Shown piece by piece: positions 1-8,353 of a DNA stretch of 59,319 nucleotides. The DNA is taken from NCBI GenBank assembly GCA_035502675.1, contig DATJUC010000222.1, positions 1-59,319 of the forward strand, given 5' to 3'. The notes below the pieces were generated by a model, which was not told the DNA's origin, searched no databases, and saw nothing but the letters and a program-made list of their open reading frames with translations. This DNA comes from Candidatus Acidiferrales bacterium. GTDB lineage: Bacteria; Vulcanimicrobiota; Vulcanimicrobiia; Vulcanimicrobiales; Vulcanimicrobiaceae. Positions within the stretch are counted from its first letter, which is position 1; the number at the start of each line of letters is the position of its first letter. The position numbers and the translations under genes are program-made.

Positions 1-2029
1 CCGACTTGGCCGCCACGTGCACGGCACGTACGAGCGCCTTCTCTTCGGGCGTCTCGCAGGCCGGAAGCGTTCCGTACGCGCCGGGGTCCGTCCCGAAGAA
101 CGGCTCGCACGCCCGCCACACTCGATTCACGAAACGAACGCGGCCGCTGATGCCCTCGTCGGTCCAGTCGCTCGTATCCTCCGGCGGCGTGACGTACAGC
201 AAAAAGAGACGCATCGCGTCGACGCCGTTGCGCTCGGCGGTTTCGTCGATCCCGATGACGTTGCCGCGTGACTTCGACATTTTCTCGCCGTTGTAGAGCA
301 GCATGCCTTGATGGAAGAGCCGCTCGAACGGCTCGTCGCTGCCCGTCACCCAGCCCCGGTCGTGGAAGAACTTGTAGAAAAAGCGCGAGTAGAGCAAATG
401 CAGAACCGTGTGCTCGGCGCCGCCGATGTACTGATCGACGTTCATCCAGTAATCGGCGTGCTCGCGCTCCCAGGGCGCGCGCTCGTCGTGGGGATCCAAA
501 TAGCGCAGATAATACCACGACGACTCGAAGAACGTGTCCATGGTATCGCACTCGCGGCGTGCGGGACCGCCGCAGCGCGGGCACGTGGTTTCGACGAAGG
601 TCGCGAGCGAAGCCAGCGGCGAGCCTTCGCCGGTAAACTCGACGCCGGGCGGCAGCAAGACCGGCAATTGCTCTTCCGGCACGGCGACCTCGCCGCAACG
701 GTCGCAATAGACGATTGGGATCGGCGTTCCCCAATACCGCTGGCGCGAGATGAGCCAATCGCGCAGGCGCAAGTTGGCCGTCGCCTTTCCGGCGCCCAGC
801 CGCTCCAGCCGCTCGGCGATCGCCTCTCGCGCGCGCGCGCTCGACATCCCCGAAAAATCGTCGCTGGCGATCAGGCGCCCGTCCTCGACGAAGGCCGCTT
901 CGAGCGGCGCCTCGACGCCGGCGTGGTGGGCGGGAACGATAACGCGTGCGATCGGGAGCCCGTGTTTCTTCGCGAAATCGAAGTCGCGCTCGTCGTGGGC
1001 GGGAACGCCCATGACGGCACCGGTGCCGTACTCGGCGAGCACGTAGTTGGTCACCCAGATGGGGATCCGTTCGTGCGAGAGCGGGTTGATTGCGTACGCG
1101 CCCGTGAAGATGCCCTCTTTTTCCATCAAACTCGTTCGCTCGAGCTCGGATTTCGATTTCAGCGCATCGGCGAACGCCCGAATAGCGGCGGCGTTCTTCT
1201 TCGAGACGATGCCTTCGATGCGCGCGATCAGCGGATGTTCGGGGGCGATCGCCAAGAACGTCGCGCCGTAGAGCGTGTCGACGCGGGTGGTGAACGCGTC
1301 GATGCCGGCGTCGAGGCCGTCGACGCCGAAGCGAAGCTCCACGCCCTCGCTGCGCCCGATCCAGTTGCGCTGCATCGTGCGGGTGCGTTCGGGCCAGCCG
1401 TCCAGCCGGTCGAGATCGGCCAGCAGACGGTCGGCGTACGCGGTGATCTTGAGAAACCATTGCGACAGGTTGCGGCGCTCTACCAGGTGATCGCAGCGCC
1501 AGCAGCGCCCGTCGACGACTTGCTCGTTGGCCAAGACCGTTTTGTCGTGCGGGCACCAGTTCACCGGCGCTTCGCGTTTGTACGCGAGGCCGGCGGCGTA
1601 GAGCTGCAAAAACAGCCACTGGTTCCAGCGGTAATACTCGGGCTCGCAGGTCGCGATCTCGCGAGACCAATCGTAGCCGGTGCCCATCAACCGCACCTGG
1701 CGCTGCATGTTGACGATGTTTTGCGCGGTCCAGCTGGCCGGATCGACCCCGCGCGCGATCGCGGCGTTCTCGGCCGGCAGCCCGAACGCGTCCCACCCCA
1801 TCGGATGCAAAACGTTGTAGCCCTGCATTCGCATCATTCGCGCGATTGCGTCGCCGAAAACGTAGTTCTTGGCGTGGCCGATATGCAGATCGCCCGACGG
1901 ATAGGGCAGCATCTCCATCGTGTAATACTTGGGGCGCGCATCGCCGGGCTCGGCGCGATAGAGGCGCTCGGCTTCCCAGCGTTGCTGCCATTTACGCTCG
2001 ACGGAACGGAAATCGTAGCTCTCGGCCAT
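1..2029 (-). CDS. leuS: Leucine--tRNA ligase (LeuRS), 5' portion; the gene continues beyond the left edge of the window
   Basis: Absent from the ORF track because there is no stop in the window. The reverse complement from the ATG at 2029 reads MAESYDFRSVERKWQQRWEAERLYRAEPGDARPKYYTMEMLPYPSGDLHIGHAKNY..., a LeuRS-type N-terminus with the class-I HIGH motif. An in-frame TAG lies 13 codons upstream of this ATG. The 595-aa + strand ORF 308..2095 is its antisense shadow. Confidence 0.93.
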   Translation of the reverse strand, partial: MAESYDFRSVERKWQQRWEAERLYRAEPGDARPKYYTMEMLPYPSGDLHIGHAKNYVFGDAIARMMRMQGYNVLHPMGWDAFGLPAENAAIARGVDPASWTAQNIVNMQRQVRLMGTGYDWSREIATCEPEYYRWNQWLFLQLYAAGLAYKREAPVNWCPHDKTVLANEQVVDGRCWRCDHLVERRNLSQWFLKITAYADRLLADLDRLDGWPERTRTMQRNWIGRSEGVELRFGVDGLDAGIDAFTTRVDTLYGATFLAIAPEHPLIARIEGIVSKKNAAAIRAFADALKSKSELERTSLMEKEGIFTGAYAINPLSHERIPIWVTNYVLAEYGTGAVMGVPAHDERDFDFAKKHGLPIARVIVPAHHAGVEAPLEAAFVEDGRLIASDDFSGMSSARAREAIAERLERLGAGKATANLRLRDWLISRQRYWGTPIPIVYCDRCGEVAVPEEQLPVLLPPGVEFTGEGSPLASLATFVETTCPRCGGPARRECDTMDTFFESSWYYLRYLDPHDERAPWEREHADYWMNVDQYIGGAEHTVLHLLYSRFFYKFFHDRGWVTGSDEPFERLFHQGMLLYNGEKMSKSRGNVIGIDETAERNGVDAMRLFLLYVTPPEDTSDWTDEGISGRVRFVNRVWRACEPFFGTDPGAYGTLPACETPEEKALVRAVHVAAKS

Positions 2030-2104
2030 GGAGCGCTCATCGTACCCGATTCGCGCGCCGGCGCGCTACCTTTCCGGTCGGAACGATGCGCGTGAAGGTA
2101 CGGC

Positions 2105-2722
2105 GTGATCGTTCGCGTCGCGCTGGTTCTGACCGCCGCCGGTTTGGCCGCGTTCGCCCTTCGGCATCCGGCCGTGCCCGCGCCCCCGGCGCAAGACGTC
2201 GCCGCGCCGGCGCCAACTCCGCCGGCAAGCGCCCCGCACCGGGCGCGGCGACCGACGTTCGCGCCGGCTGAGATCCTCGTCTACGTCGCCGGAGCCGTCG
2301 TTCGTCGCGGGCTGTATCGCCTCGCTCCCGGGGCGCGCGCCGTCGACGCGATCCAACGCGCCGGCGGGCTTACGCCTTCGGCCGATCCGGCCGCGGTCAA
2401 CCTTGCCGCCCGACTCCAGGACGGCGACGAGGTGTACGCGGCGCCGTCCGGCGGCCGAACGCGGGCCATCGGTGCGGCAGCTCGCTCGCACCGGTCGCAT
2501 CGACGGCGAAGCGCCGCGCAGCCGCCGGCCGGCGTCGACGTGAACGCGGCGCCTGCGTCGGACTTGGCCGCCGTGCCGGGGATCGGCAGCGCGGTCGCGG
2601 CGCGCATCGTCGAGATGCGCGAACGCGCAGGCGCCTTCGCTTCGCTCGACGAGCTGCTCGACGTAGCGGGTATGACGCAAACGCGATTGGAGCGCGCGCG
2701 CCCGTACTTGCAGCCTCCGTAA
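2105..2722 (+). CDS. comEA: ComEA-family competence DNA-binding protein (membrane anchor, SLBB-like domain, C-terminal helix-hairpin-helix)
   Basis: N-terminal hydrophobic anchor MIVRVALVLTAAGLAAF. SLBB-like ILVYVAGAVVRRGLYRLAPGARAVDAIQRAGG. HhH region VDVNAAPASDLAAVPGIGSAVAARIVEMRERAGAFASLDELLDVAGM. GTG start. Confidence 0.85.
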   Translation: MIVRVALVLTAAGLAAFALRHPAVPAPPAQDVAAPAPTPPASAPHRARRPTFAPAEILVYVAGAVVRRGLYRLAPGARAVDAIQRAGGLTPSADPAAVNLAARLQDGDEVYAAPSGGRTRAIGAAARSHRSHRRRSAAQPPAGVDVNAAPASDLAAVPGIGSAVAARIVEMRERAGAFASLDELLDVAGMTQTRLERARPYLQPP

Positions 2723-2765
2723 TCGAAGCGGAGGTTGCCGCCAGAGACGAGCGAACTCGCTCTAA

Positions 2766-4571
2766 ATGTCGGACCTGCCCGCGAAGGAGACGCTGCCGCA
2801 TCTCATCCGCAGAGCGCTCGCGCCGTCGCGTGAAGAGCTCCTGGTCGAGCGCGTCGGCGGCAAGTGGACGCCCACGTCCAGCGCGCGCCTGCTCGAACGC
2901 GCCGAAAACGTCGCTTGCGGCATTCGCGTCGCCGGCTTGACGACCGGCGACCGCGTCGCGCTCGTCTCGCACGATTGCGTGGATTGGGTCGCTTGCGCGT
3001 TCGGCGCGCTCTTCGCCGGCTGCGTCATCGTTCCGATCTATCCGACGCAGGCGCTCGATCACACGGCGTACATCTTGCAGCACTCCGGTGCGAAGCTCGT
3101 CTTCGTCGACTCGCCCGCGACGTTGGATCATCTGCGCGCGAGCGGCGCGCCGATGCCGGAGGTGGCGGTGTTCGACTCCGAGACCGCCGGCGGGCTCCAA
3201 GCGCTCGAGCGGCGCGGAGCCGAGCTGCGCGCGGATCGTCCCGAGCTTCCGGGGGTCTTCGAGTCCGCGATCTCACCCGACGATCTGGCGGTGCTGATCT
3301 ACACCTCGGGAACCACCGGCAACCCTAAGGGCGTGATGCTCTCGCACGATAACGTCGCGTTCGACGCCCAATCGGCGCTGACGTACGGGATGGAAGACGT
3401 CGAAGACGGGCAAGACGTGCTGTCGGTGTTACCGTACTCGCACATCTTCGAGCATACGATGATCTACATCTACTTGCTCGCCGGAGTGCGCTACAGCATC
3501 TGTCACGATCCGAACGAGCTGCTCGCCGATCTGCGCGACGTTCGTCCGGTGGCGATGACCTCGGTGCCGCGGCTGTTCGATCGCGTACTGGCGGGCGTGA
3601 CCGGCCAAGCGCTGCGCGCCGGCGGCCTGCGAGCCAAACTCGTTCCGTGGGCGCTGCGAGCCGGACGCCGGTATCAGCGCGCCGTGAACCTCGGCGGAGG
3701 TGCCGGCCCGTGGCTGCGCTTGGAGTACGCCGTGGCCGAGCGGCTGGCATTGCGCAAGGTTCGATCGGCGCTCGGCATGGATCGCATGAAGTTCATTACC
3801 AGCGGCAGCGCCGCGCTGCACACCGACGTCGCGATGACGTTTTTGGCAATCGGCGTTCCGATCATGCAGGGGTACGGCCTGACCGAGACGTCGCCGGTGA
3901 TCACGGTGAGCAAGCGGACTTCCAACGAATACGGCGCCGTCGGCCGGCCGCTGCCGGGCGTCGAAGTGCGCATCGCGGAAGACGGCGAGATCCTGACGCG
4001 CGGCCGTCACGTCATGAAAGGCTACTACCTCGAGCCGGAGGCTACCGCCGCTGCGATCGATTCCGAGGGCTGGTTTCACACCGGCGACATCGGGGAAATC
4101 GACGCCGCCGGGTTCCTGCGCATCACCGATCGCAAACGCGAAGTTTTTAAAACCGACACGGGCAAGTGGATCGCTCCGTCGCGCGTGGAATCGGCCATCA
4201 AGCGCTCGGTGCTGGTGGCGCAGGCGATGGTGATCGGAAGCGGGCGCCCGCATCCGGCCGCGATCGTCGCGCCGAACTGGGAGATGCTGCGTTTGCAGAT
4301 GGAGTTGCCCGGCGATGCCGACCCCGAACATCTCGCGACGCGCCAGGACGTCCGCGATTTCATGGCGGCCGAAGTCCGCAAGCGCACCGCCGACCTGGCC
4401 AGTTACGAACAGATTCGCCGGGTCATCGTGATCCCGCGGGAGTTCTCGGTGGAGAGCGGCGAGCTGTCGCCTTCGATGAAGATCAAGCGCCGCGTGGTGG
4501 AAGACCGGTATGCCGCGGAGATCGACCGTGCGTACGAGACCGAGCTCGAACGTGTCCCGGCGGGTCGATGA
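2766..4571 (+). CDS. AMP-dependent long-chain fatty-acid--CoA ligase (ANL superfamily)
   Basis: 601 aa. AMP-binding motif LIYTSGTTGNPKGVMLSH, GYGLTETSP, GWFHTGDIGEIDAAGFLRITDRKRE and C-terminal SPSMKIKRR are typical of FadD15-type acyl-CoA synthetases. Confidence 0.88.
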   Translation: MSDLPAKETLPHLIRRALAPSREELLVERVGGKWTPTSSARLLERAENVACGIRVAGLTTGDRVALVSHDCVDWVACAFGALFAGCVIVPIYPTQALDHTAYILQHSGAKLVFVDSPATLDHLRASGAPMPEVAVFDSETAGGLQALERRGAELRADRPELPGVFESAISPDDLAVLIYTSGTTGNPKGVMLSHDNVAFDAQSALTYGMEDVEDGQDVLSVLPYSHIFEHTMIYIYLLAGVRYSICHDPNELLADLRDVRPVAMTSVPRLFDRVLAGVTGQALRAGGLRAKLVPWALRAGRRYQRAVNLGGGAGPWLRLEYAVAERLALRKVRSALGMDRMKFITSGSAALHTDVAMTFLAIGVPIMQGYGLTETSPVITVSKRTSNEYGAVGRPLPGVEVRIAEDGEILTRGRHVMKGYYLEPEATAAAIDSEGWFHTGDIGEIDAAGFLRITDRKREVFKTDTGKWIAPSRVESAIKRSVLVAQAMVIGSGRPHPAAIVAPNWEMLRLQMELPGDADPEHLATRQDVRDFMAAEVRKRTADLASYEQIRRVIVIPREFSVESGELSPSMKIKRRVVEDRYAAEIDRAYETELERVPAGR

Positions 4572-4929
4572 CGTCGTCCGCGGCCCAATCAAGAGCAAGA
4601 CCGTCTTTCCGGTCTTGATCCTGCATCTGATCAAAGAGCAGCCCGACCACGGTTACGGCTTGATGCAGCGCGTCGAAGCGGTCTGCGGGGATCTGCTGGC
4701 GGTCAACACCAACAAAATCTATCCGCTGTTGCGCCGCTTGGAGGAGCGAGGCTTCGTCTCCGCCTCCTGGGACCACCCCACCAAACGGTCGCGCCGGGTC
4801 TACGCGATCACTTCGCAGGGAGAGGAGCGCTTGGAGCGGATCAAGCAGTCGATGCTGCCTTACCTCGACTCGATCGAACGCGCAGTCCTGCGGCTGAAAA
4901 AAGAGCTCTACGCGAAAGTGCCTGGATAA
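4552..4929 (+). CDS. PadR-family transcriptional regulator
   Basis: Winged-helix PadR signature VFPVLILHLIKEQPDHGYGLMQRVEAV...IYPLLRRLEERGFVSASW...RRVYAITSQGEERL. The stop at 4929 is firm. The start is uncertain: the ORF-track ATG at 4510 overlaps the upstream gene by 62 nt, and in-frame GTGs at 4528 and 4552 are alternatives. I list 4552. Confidence 0.8.
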   Translation: MSRRVDDVVRGPIKSKTVFPVLILHLIKEQPDHGYGLMQRVEAVCGDLLAVNTNKIYPLLRRLEERGFVSASWDHPTKRSRRVYAITSQGEERLERIKQSMLPYLDSIERAVLRLKKELYAKVPG

Positions 4930-5219
4930 TGGCAGAGGCGCCGAGGTTTCTGGCGGTAGTGCATCTGCGCGACCTGCGCTGCCCGCAATGCGGGCAGCGG
5001 TTGGCGAAAGCCGGCGCGAGATCGTTCGTGGTCGACGAGCGCGGCGATCCGGTCGGATTCGACGGCGACGAGTCGCCTTCGGAAATGCGTCTCGAACTGC
5101 GTTGCCCCGACGGCCATCCGCTCGCGCTGCTGGTTCCCAACGAGGTCGCGGCGGAAGACGTTGCGTCGACGCCGGACCACGCGCCGGTCGCGGTGGACGC
5201 GGTTTTGATCGACTTTTGA
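4929..5219 (+). CDS. Hypothetical small protein with zinc-ribbon-like CxxC...CxxxH, translationally coupled to padR
   Basis: 96 aa. RCPQCGQRL (C18/C21) and RCPDGH (C59/H63). The ATG overlaps the padR TAA by 1 nt (TAATG at 4927-4931). The frame is GC3-rich. I recognise no family. Confidence 0.55.
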   Translation: MAEAPRFLAVVHLRDLRCPQCGQRLAKAGARSFVVDERGDPVGFDGDESPSEMRLELRCPDGHPLALLVPNEVAAEDVASTPDHAPVAVDAVLIDF

Positions 5220-5300
5220 GAGCCGCCGCGACTTTGCGCTGCAGGTAGGCGCGCGCCTAGCAATAATCTGGGGTCTACCCGAGCTCGTGGAGGATCCAGC

Positions 5301-6818
5301 TTGCGCTTTCAACCGCTGCACGTCCTGTTCGCGGTCTCCCTGGCCGTGTCGTCGACCGGAACGTCGCCCGCTGCGGGGCCGCCGGCGATTCCCGCAACGA
5401 CCCCCGACGGCGTCACTCACCATACCATCGTCCTGGACGGCAAAACGCTGGCGTATACGGCGAGAGCGGGCACGATCACGCTGCGCAACACCGACGATCA
5501 GCCCACGGCGCGCGTCTTTTATACGGCGTTCACGCTCGACGACGCGGACCCGTCGCAGCGCCCGGTCACGTTCTTTTACAACGGCGGTCCGGGCAGCTCG
5601 ACGATTTGGCTGCGGATGGGGTCGTTCGGGCCGATGCGCGTTCAGACGTCCGACGGAACGATGACGGGGCCGCCGCCCTATCGCCTGGTCGACAATCGGT
5701 ACAGCCTTCTCGACCGGACCGACCTCGTCTTCATCGACATGCCGGGCAGCGGCTACGGGCGTTTCATCGGCGTCGGGAAGCCGAAAGATTTTTGGGGCGT
5801 CGACCAAGACGCCGATGCCTTCGCGCAATTCATCCAGCGCTATCTCACGAATTTCAACCGCTGGAACTCGCCCCGTTTCCTATTCGGCGAATCCTACGGC
5901 ACGACGCGCTCGGCGGTCCTCTCCAACCTGCTGGCGCAACGCGGAATCGCCCTCAACGGCGTCGTGCTGCTCTCCTCGTTTCTTAACCCGATGATCGACT
6001 ATAACGACGGCGCGCCGATCGGCGGCGGCGATTGGGCGTACGTACTCTATCTGCCGACGGAGACCGCCACCGCCTGGTACCACCACGCGATCGGCGGAAC
6101 GCTGCAAGGCGACGTCGATCAAGCCGAAAATTTCGCCAGCCACGAGTATCTCGACGCGCTCGCGCAGGGCGCGCAGCTGCCTGCGGACCGGTTCAACGCG
6201 ATCGTGTCGCGGCTGCGCCAGCTGACCGGTCTCTCGGATCGCTACATTCGCAACTCGAACCTGCGAATTCCCTACGACCGGTTCGAAAACGAGCTCTTGC
6301 GCGAACGGGGCCTGACGGTCGGCCGTCTCGACGGGCGATTCGCGACGTACGTCCTCGACCGGCCGGAACTCTCTCCGGATTGGGACGCCACCGACGCGGC
6401 CGTCGACTCGGCCTTCGTCTCGACCAGCAACTACTACATCCGCCAGGTGCTCAAGTACGATACGCCGCTGCTCTACCGCGCCGAAATCTACGATCTGATC
6501 TTCGCCGACGGCAACAGCTGGGACTTCAAGCACGGCAACGATCCCCAGACGTTCAACGTCGCGCCCGACCTGGCTCAGACGATCACGTATAACCCGAATC
6601 TCAAGGTCTTCTCGGCCAACGGATACTTCGATTTCGCGACGCCGTTCTACGCGACGGTATACGTACTGACCCATCTCTACATCGCACCCGCGCTGCAGCG
6701 GAACATTACGTTCGGCTTCTACGACTCCGGACACATGGTGTATCTGCATCCGAGCGCTTTGGCGAAGTTCCACGCCGATTTGGAACGCTGGTACGCCGCG
6801 ACCTTGCGCAACCGCTGA
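5301..6818 (+). CDS. Secreted S10-family serine carboxypeptidase (copy 1)
   Basis: 505 aa with a signal peptide MRFQPLHVLFAVSLAVSS. S10 motifs FYNGGPGSSTIWLRMGSFGP and the catalytic-Ser motif FGESYGT. Late DSGHMVYLH (His region). TTG start. Confidence 0.85.
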   Translation: MRFQPLHVLFAVSLAVSSTGTSPAAGPPAIPATTPDGVTHHTIVLDGKTLAYTARAGTITLRNTDDQPTARVFYTAFTLDDADPSQRPVTFFYNGGPGSSTIWLRMGSFGPMRVQTSDGTMTGPPPYRLVDNRYSLLDRTDLVFIDMPGSGYGRFIGVGKPKDFWGVDQDADAFAQFIQRYLTNFNRWNSPRFLFGESYGTTRSAVLSNLLAQRGIALNGVVLLSSFLNPMIDYNDGAPIGGGDWAYVLYLPTETATAWYHHAIGGTLQGDVDQAENFASHEYLDALAQGAQLPADRFNAIVSRLRQLTGLSDRYIRNSNLRIPYDRFENELLRERGLTVGRLDGRFATYVLDRPELSPDWDATDAAVDSAFVSTSNYYIRQVLKYDTPLLYRAEIYDLIFADGNSWDFKHGNDPQTFNVAPDLAQTITYNPNLKVFSANGYFDFATPFYATVYVLTHLYIAPALQRNITFGFYDSGHMVYLHPSALAKFHADLERWYAATLRNR

Positions 6819-6832
6819 GGTAGGAAACGTTC

Positions 6833-8353
6833 GTGTTGATCAAACGAATCGCTCTCGTCATTCTCGCCGCGGCGCTCGTGGGTGCGGCCCCGGCCAAACC
6901 GCCCGCCGCGCCGCCGCCCCCTCCGGCGGAAACGCCGGACGCGGTTACGCACCATACGATGGAACTGGGCGGCCGGACGTTGGCTTACACGGCTCGGGCC
7001 GGCACGATCACGCTGCAGAACCAAGCCGGCGAACCGACCTGCCGGATGTTCTACACGGCCTTCACGCTCGACGACGCCGGCCCGAGCGCGCGTCCGGTGA
7101 CGTTCTTGTACAACGGCGGACCGGGCAGCTCGACGATTTGGCTGCGAATGGGATCGTTCGGTCCGTACCGCGTGCAGGTTACCGACGGCGGCGGCCCGAC
7201 CGAAGCCCCTTTCCACTTGGTGCCGAACCAGTATTCGCTGCTCGACAAGACCGATTTGGTCTTCATCGACGCTCCGGCAACCGGCTTCAGCCGGATCGTC
7301 GGCGCCGGTAAGCCCGAGGACTTCTTCGGCGTCGACGAGGATCGCGATGCGTTCGCGCAGTTCATCTCGCGCTACGTGAGCGCGTTCGGCCGCTGGAACT
7401 CACCCAAGTTCCTGTTCGGAGAATCCTACGGAACGCCGCGCACCGCGGTTCTGGTCAACTATCTCCAGCGACAGGGAATCGGCATCAACGGCGTCGTGCT
7501 GCTCTCGTCGGTGCTCGATTTCAGCCTCGACTGGGACGTGAACTTTACGCCGGCGGCGATCGGCGGCGGCGACTGGGCGTTCCCGCTGTATCTGCCGACC
7601 GAGGCGGCGTCCTCGTGGTATCACAACGCACTGCCCGGGCCGCCGACGACGCTGGCGGCGCTGTTGCCGCAAGTCGAGCAGTTTGCAATGGGCGAATATC
7701 TCAACGCGCTGGCCGCCGGCGACCGGATTTCGCCGTCCACCTACGCCGACGTGGTGGCGAAGCTCCACGACTACACCGGGCTTTCCGAGCAATACATCCG
7801 GGATTCGAATCTGCGCGTTCCGTATTGGCGCTATACGACCGAGCTGATGCGCGACCGCGGGCTGACGCTGGGCCGATACGATTCCCGGTACACGTCGTAC
7901 GCTCTGGACCGGATCAACGACCGGCCCGAGTTCGACGCCACCGACGCGGCCATCGACGCCGCCTTTACCGGCGCCGGAAACTACCTCATCCGGACGCTGA
8001 TGCGCTACGATACGACGCTGGAATACCGTCCGGTTGCCTATAGCCTCGTCCGGAACTGGGACTGGAAGCACGGCGGAAATCTGCCCACCAACACCGCGCA
8101 GGACCTAGCCGGCGCGATGGCCTTCAACCCCGGCTTGAAGGTCTTCTCGGGTAACGGATACTACGACTTCGCGACGCCGTTTTTTGCCACCACGTACACG
8201 CTCAATCACCTGCAGCTGCCGCCCCAACTGCAGAGCAACATCACGTACGGCTTTTACGAATCCGGCCACATGGTCTACTTGCACACGCAGGCGCTGGCAC
8301 AGTTCCACGACGACCTCGAGCGCTGGTACGCCAACGTGTTAGCGGGGCGCTAA
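6833..8353 (+). CDS. Secreted S10-family serine carboxypeptidase (copy 2, tandem paralogue)
   Basis: 506 aa with a signal peptide MLIKRIALVILAAALVGAAPA. Same motifs as copy 1 (LYNGGPGSSTIWLRMGSFGP, FGESYGT, ESGHMVYLH). Collinear with copy 1 over its full length. GTG start 14 nt after the copy-1 stop. Confidence 0.85.
   Translation: MLIKRIALVILAAALVGAAPAKPPAAPPPPPAETPDAVTHHTMELGGRTLAYTARAGTITLQNQAGEPTCRMFYTAFTLDDAGPSARPVTFLYNGGPGSSTIWLRMGSFGPYRVQVTDGGGPTEAPFHLVPNQYSLLDKTDLVFIDAPATGFSRIVGAGKPEDFFGVDEDRDAFAQFISRYVSAFGRWNSPKFLFGESYGTPRTAVLVNYLQRQGIGINGVVLLSSVLDFSLDWDVNFTPAAIGGGDWAFPLYLPTEAASSWYHNALPGPPTTLAALLPQVEQFAMGEYLNALAAGDRISPSTYADVVAKLHDYTGLSEQYIRDSNLRVPYWRYTTELMRDRGLTLGRYDSRYTSYALDRINDRPEFDATDAAIDAAFTGAGNYLIRTLMRYDTTLEYRPVAYSLVRNWDWKHGGNLPTNTAQDLAGAMAFNPGLKVFSGNGYYDFATPFFATTYTLNHLQLPPQLQSNITYGFYESGHMVYLHTQALAQFHDDLERWYANVLAGR

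Noticed and set aside
308-2095. Long ORFs antisense to clearly homologous genes. Examples: 308..2095 (+, opposite leuS), 8846..10069 and 10082..12055 (+), 12225..14105 (-), 21334..23304 (-, opposite gyrA), 25806..27440 (+), 34390..37263 (-), 46465..48513 (-, opposite clpB), 52296..53984 (+), 56300..57751 (+).
   Set aside because: Their products are Arg/Ala/Gly/Pro/Asp-rich low-complexity strings with no recognisable motifs. Each lies opposite a gene with strong family signatures. Stop-poor antisense frames are the expected artefact of GC-rich DNA.
2749-2762. Palindrome GAGCGA-AC-TCGCTC just before the acyl-CoA ligase start, considered as a comEA terminator.
   Set aside because: A 2-nt loop cannot form a stable RNA hairpin and no T-tract follows. 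At most it is a DNA-level protein-binding palindrome, which I cannot support.
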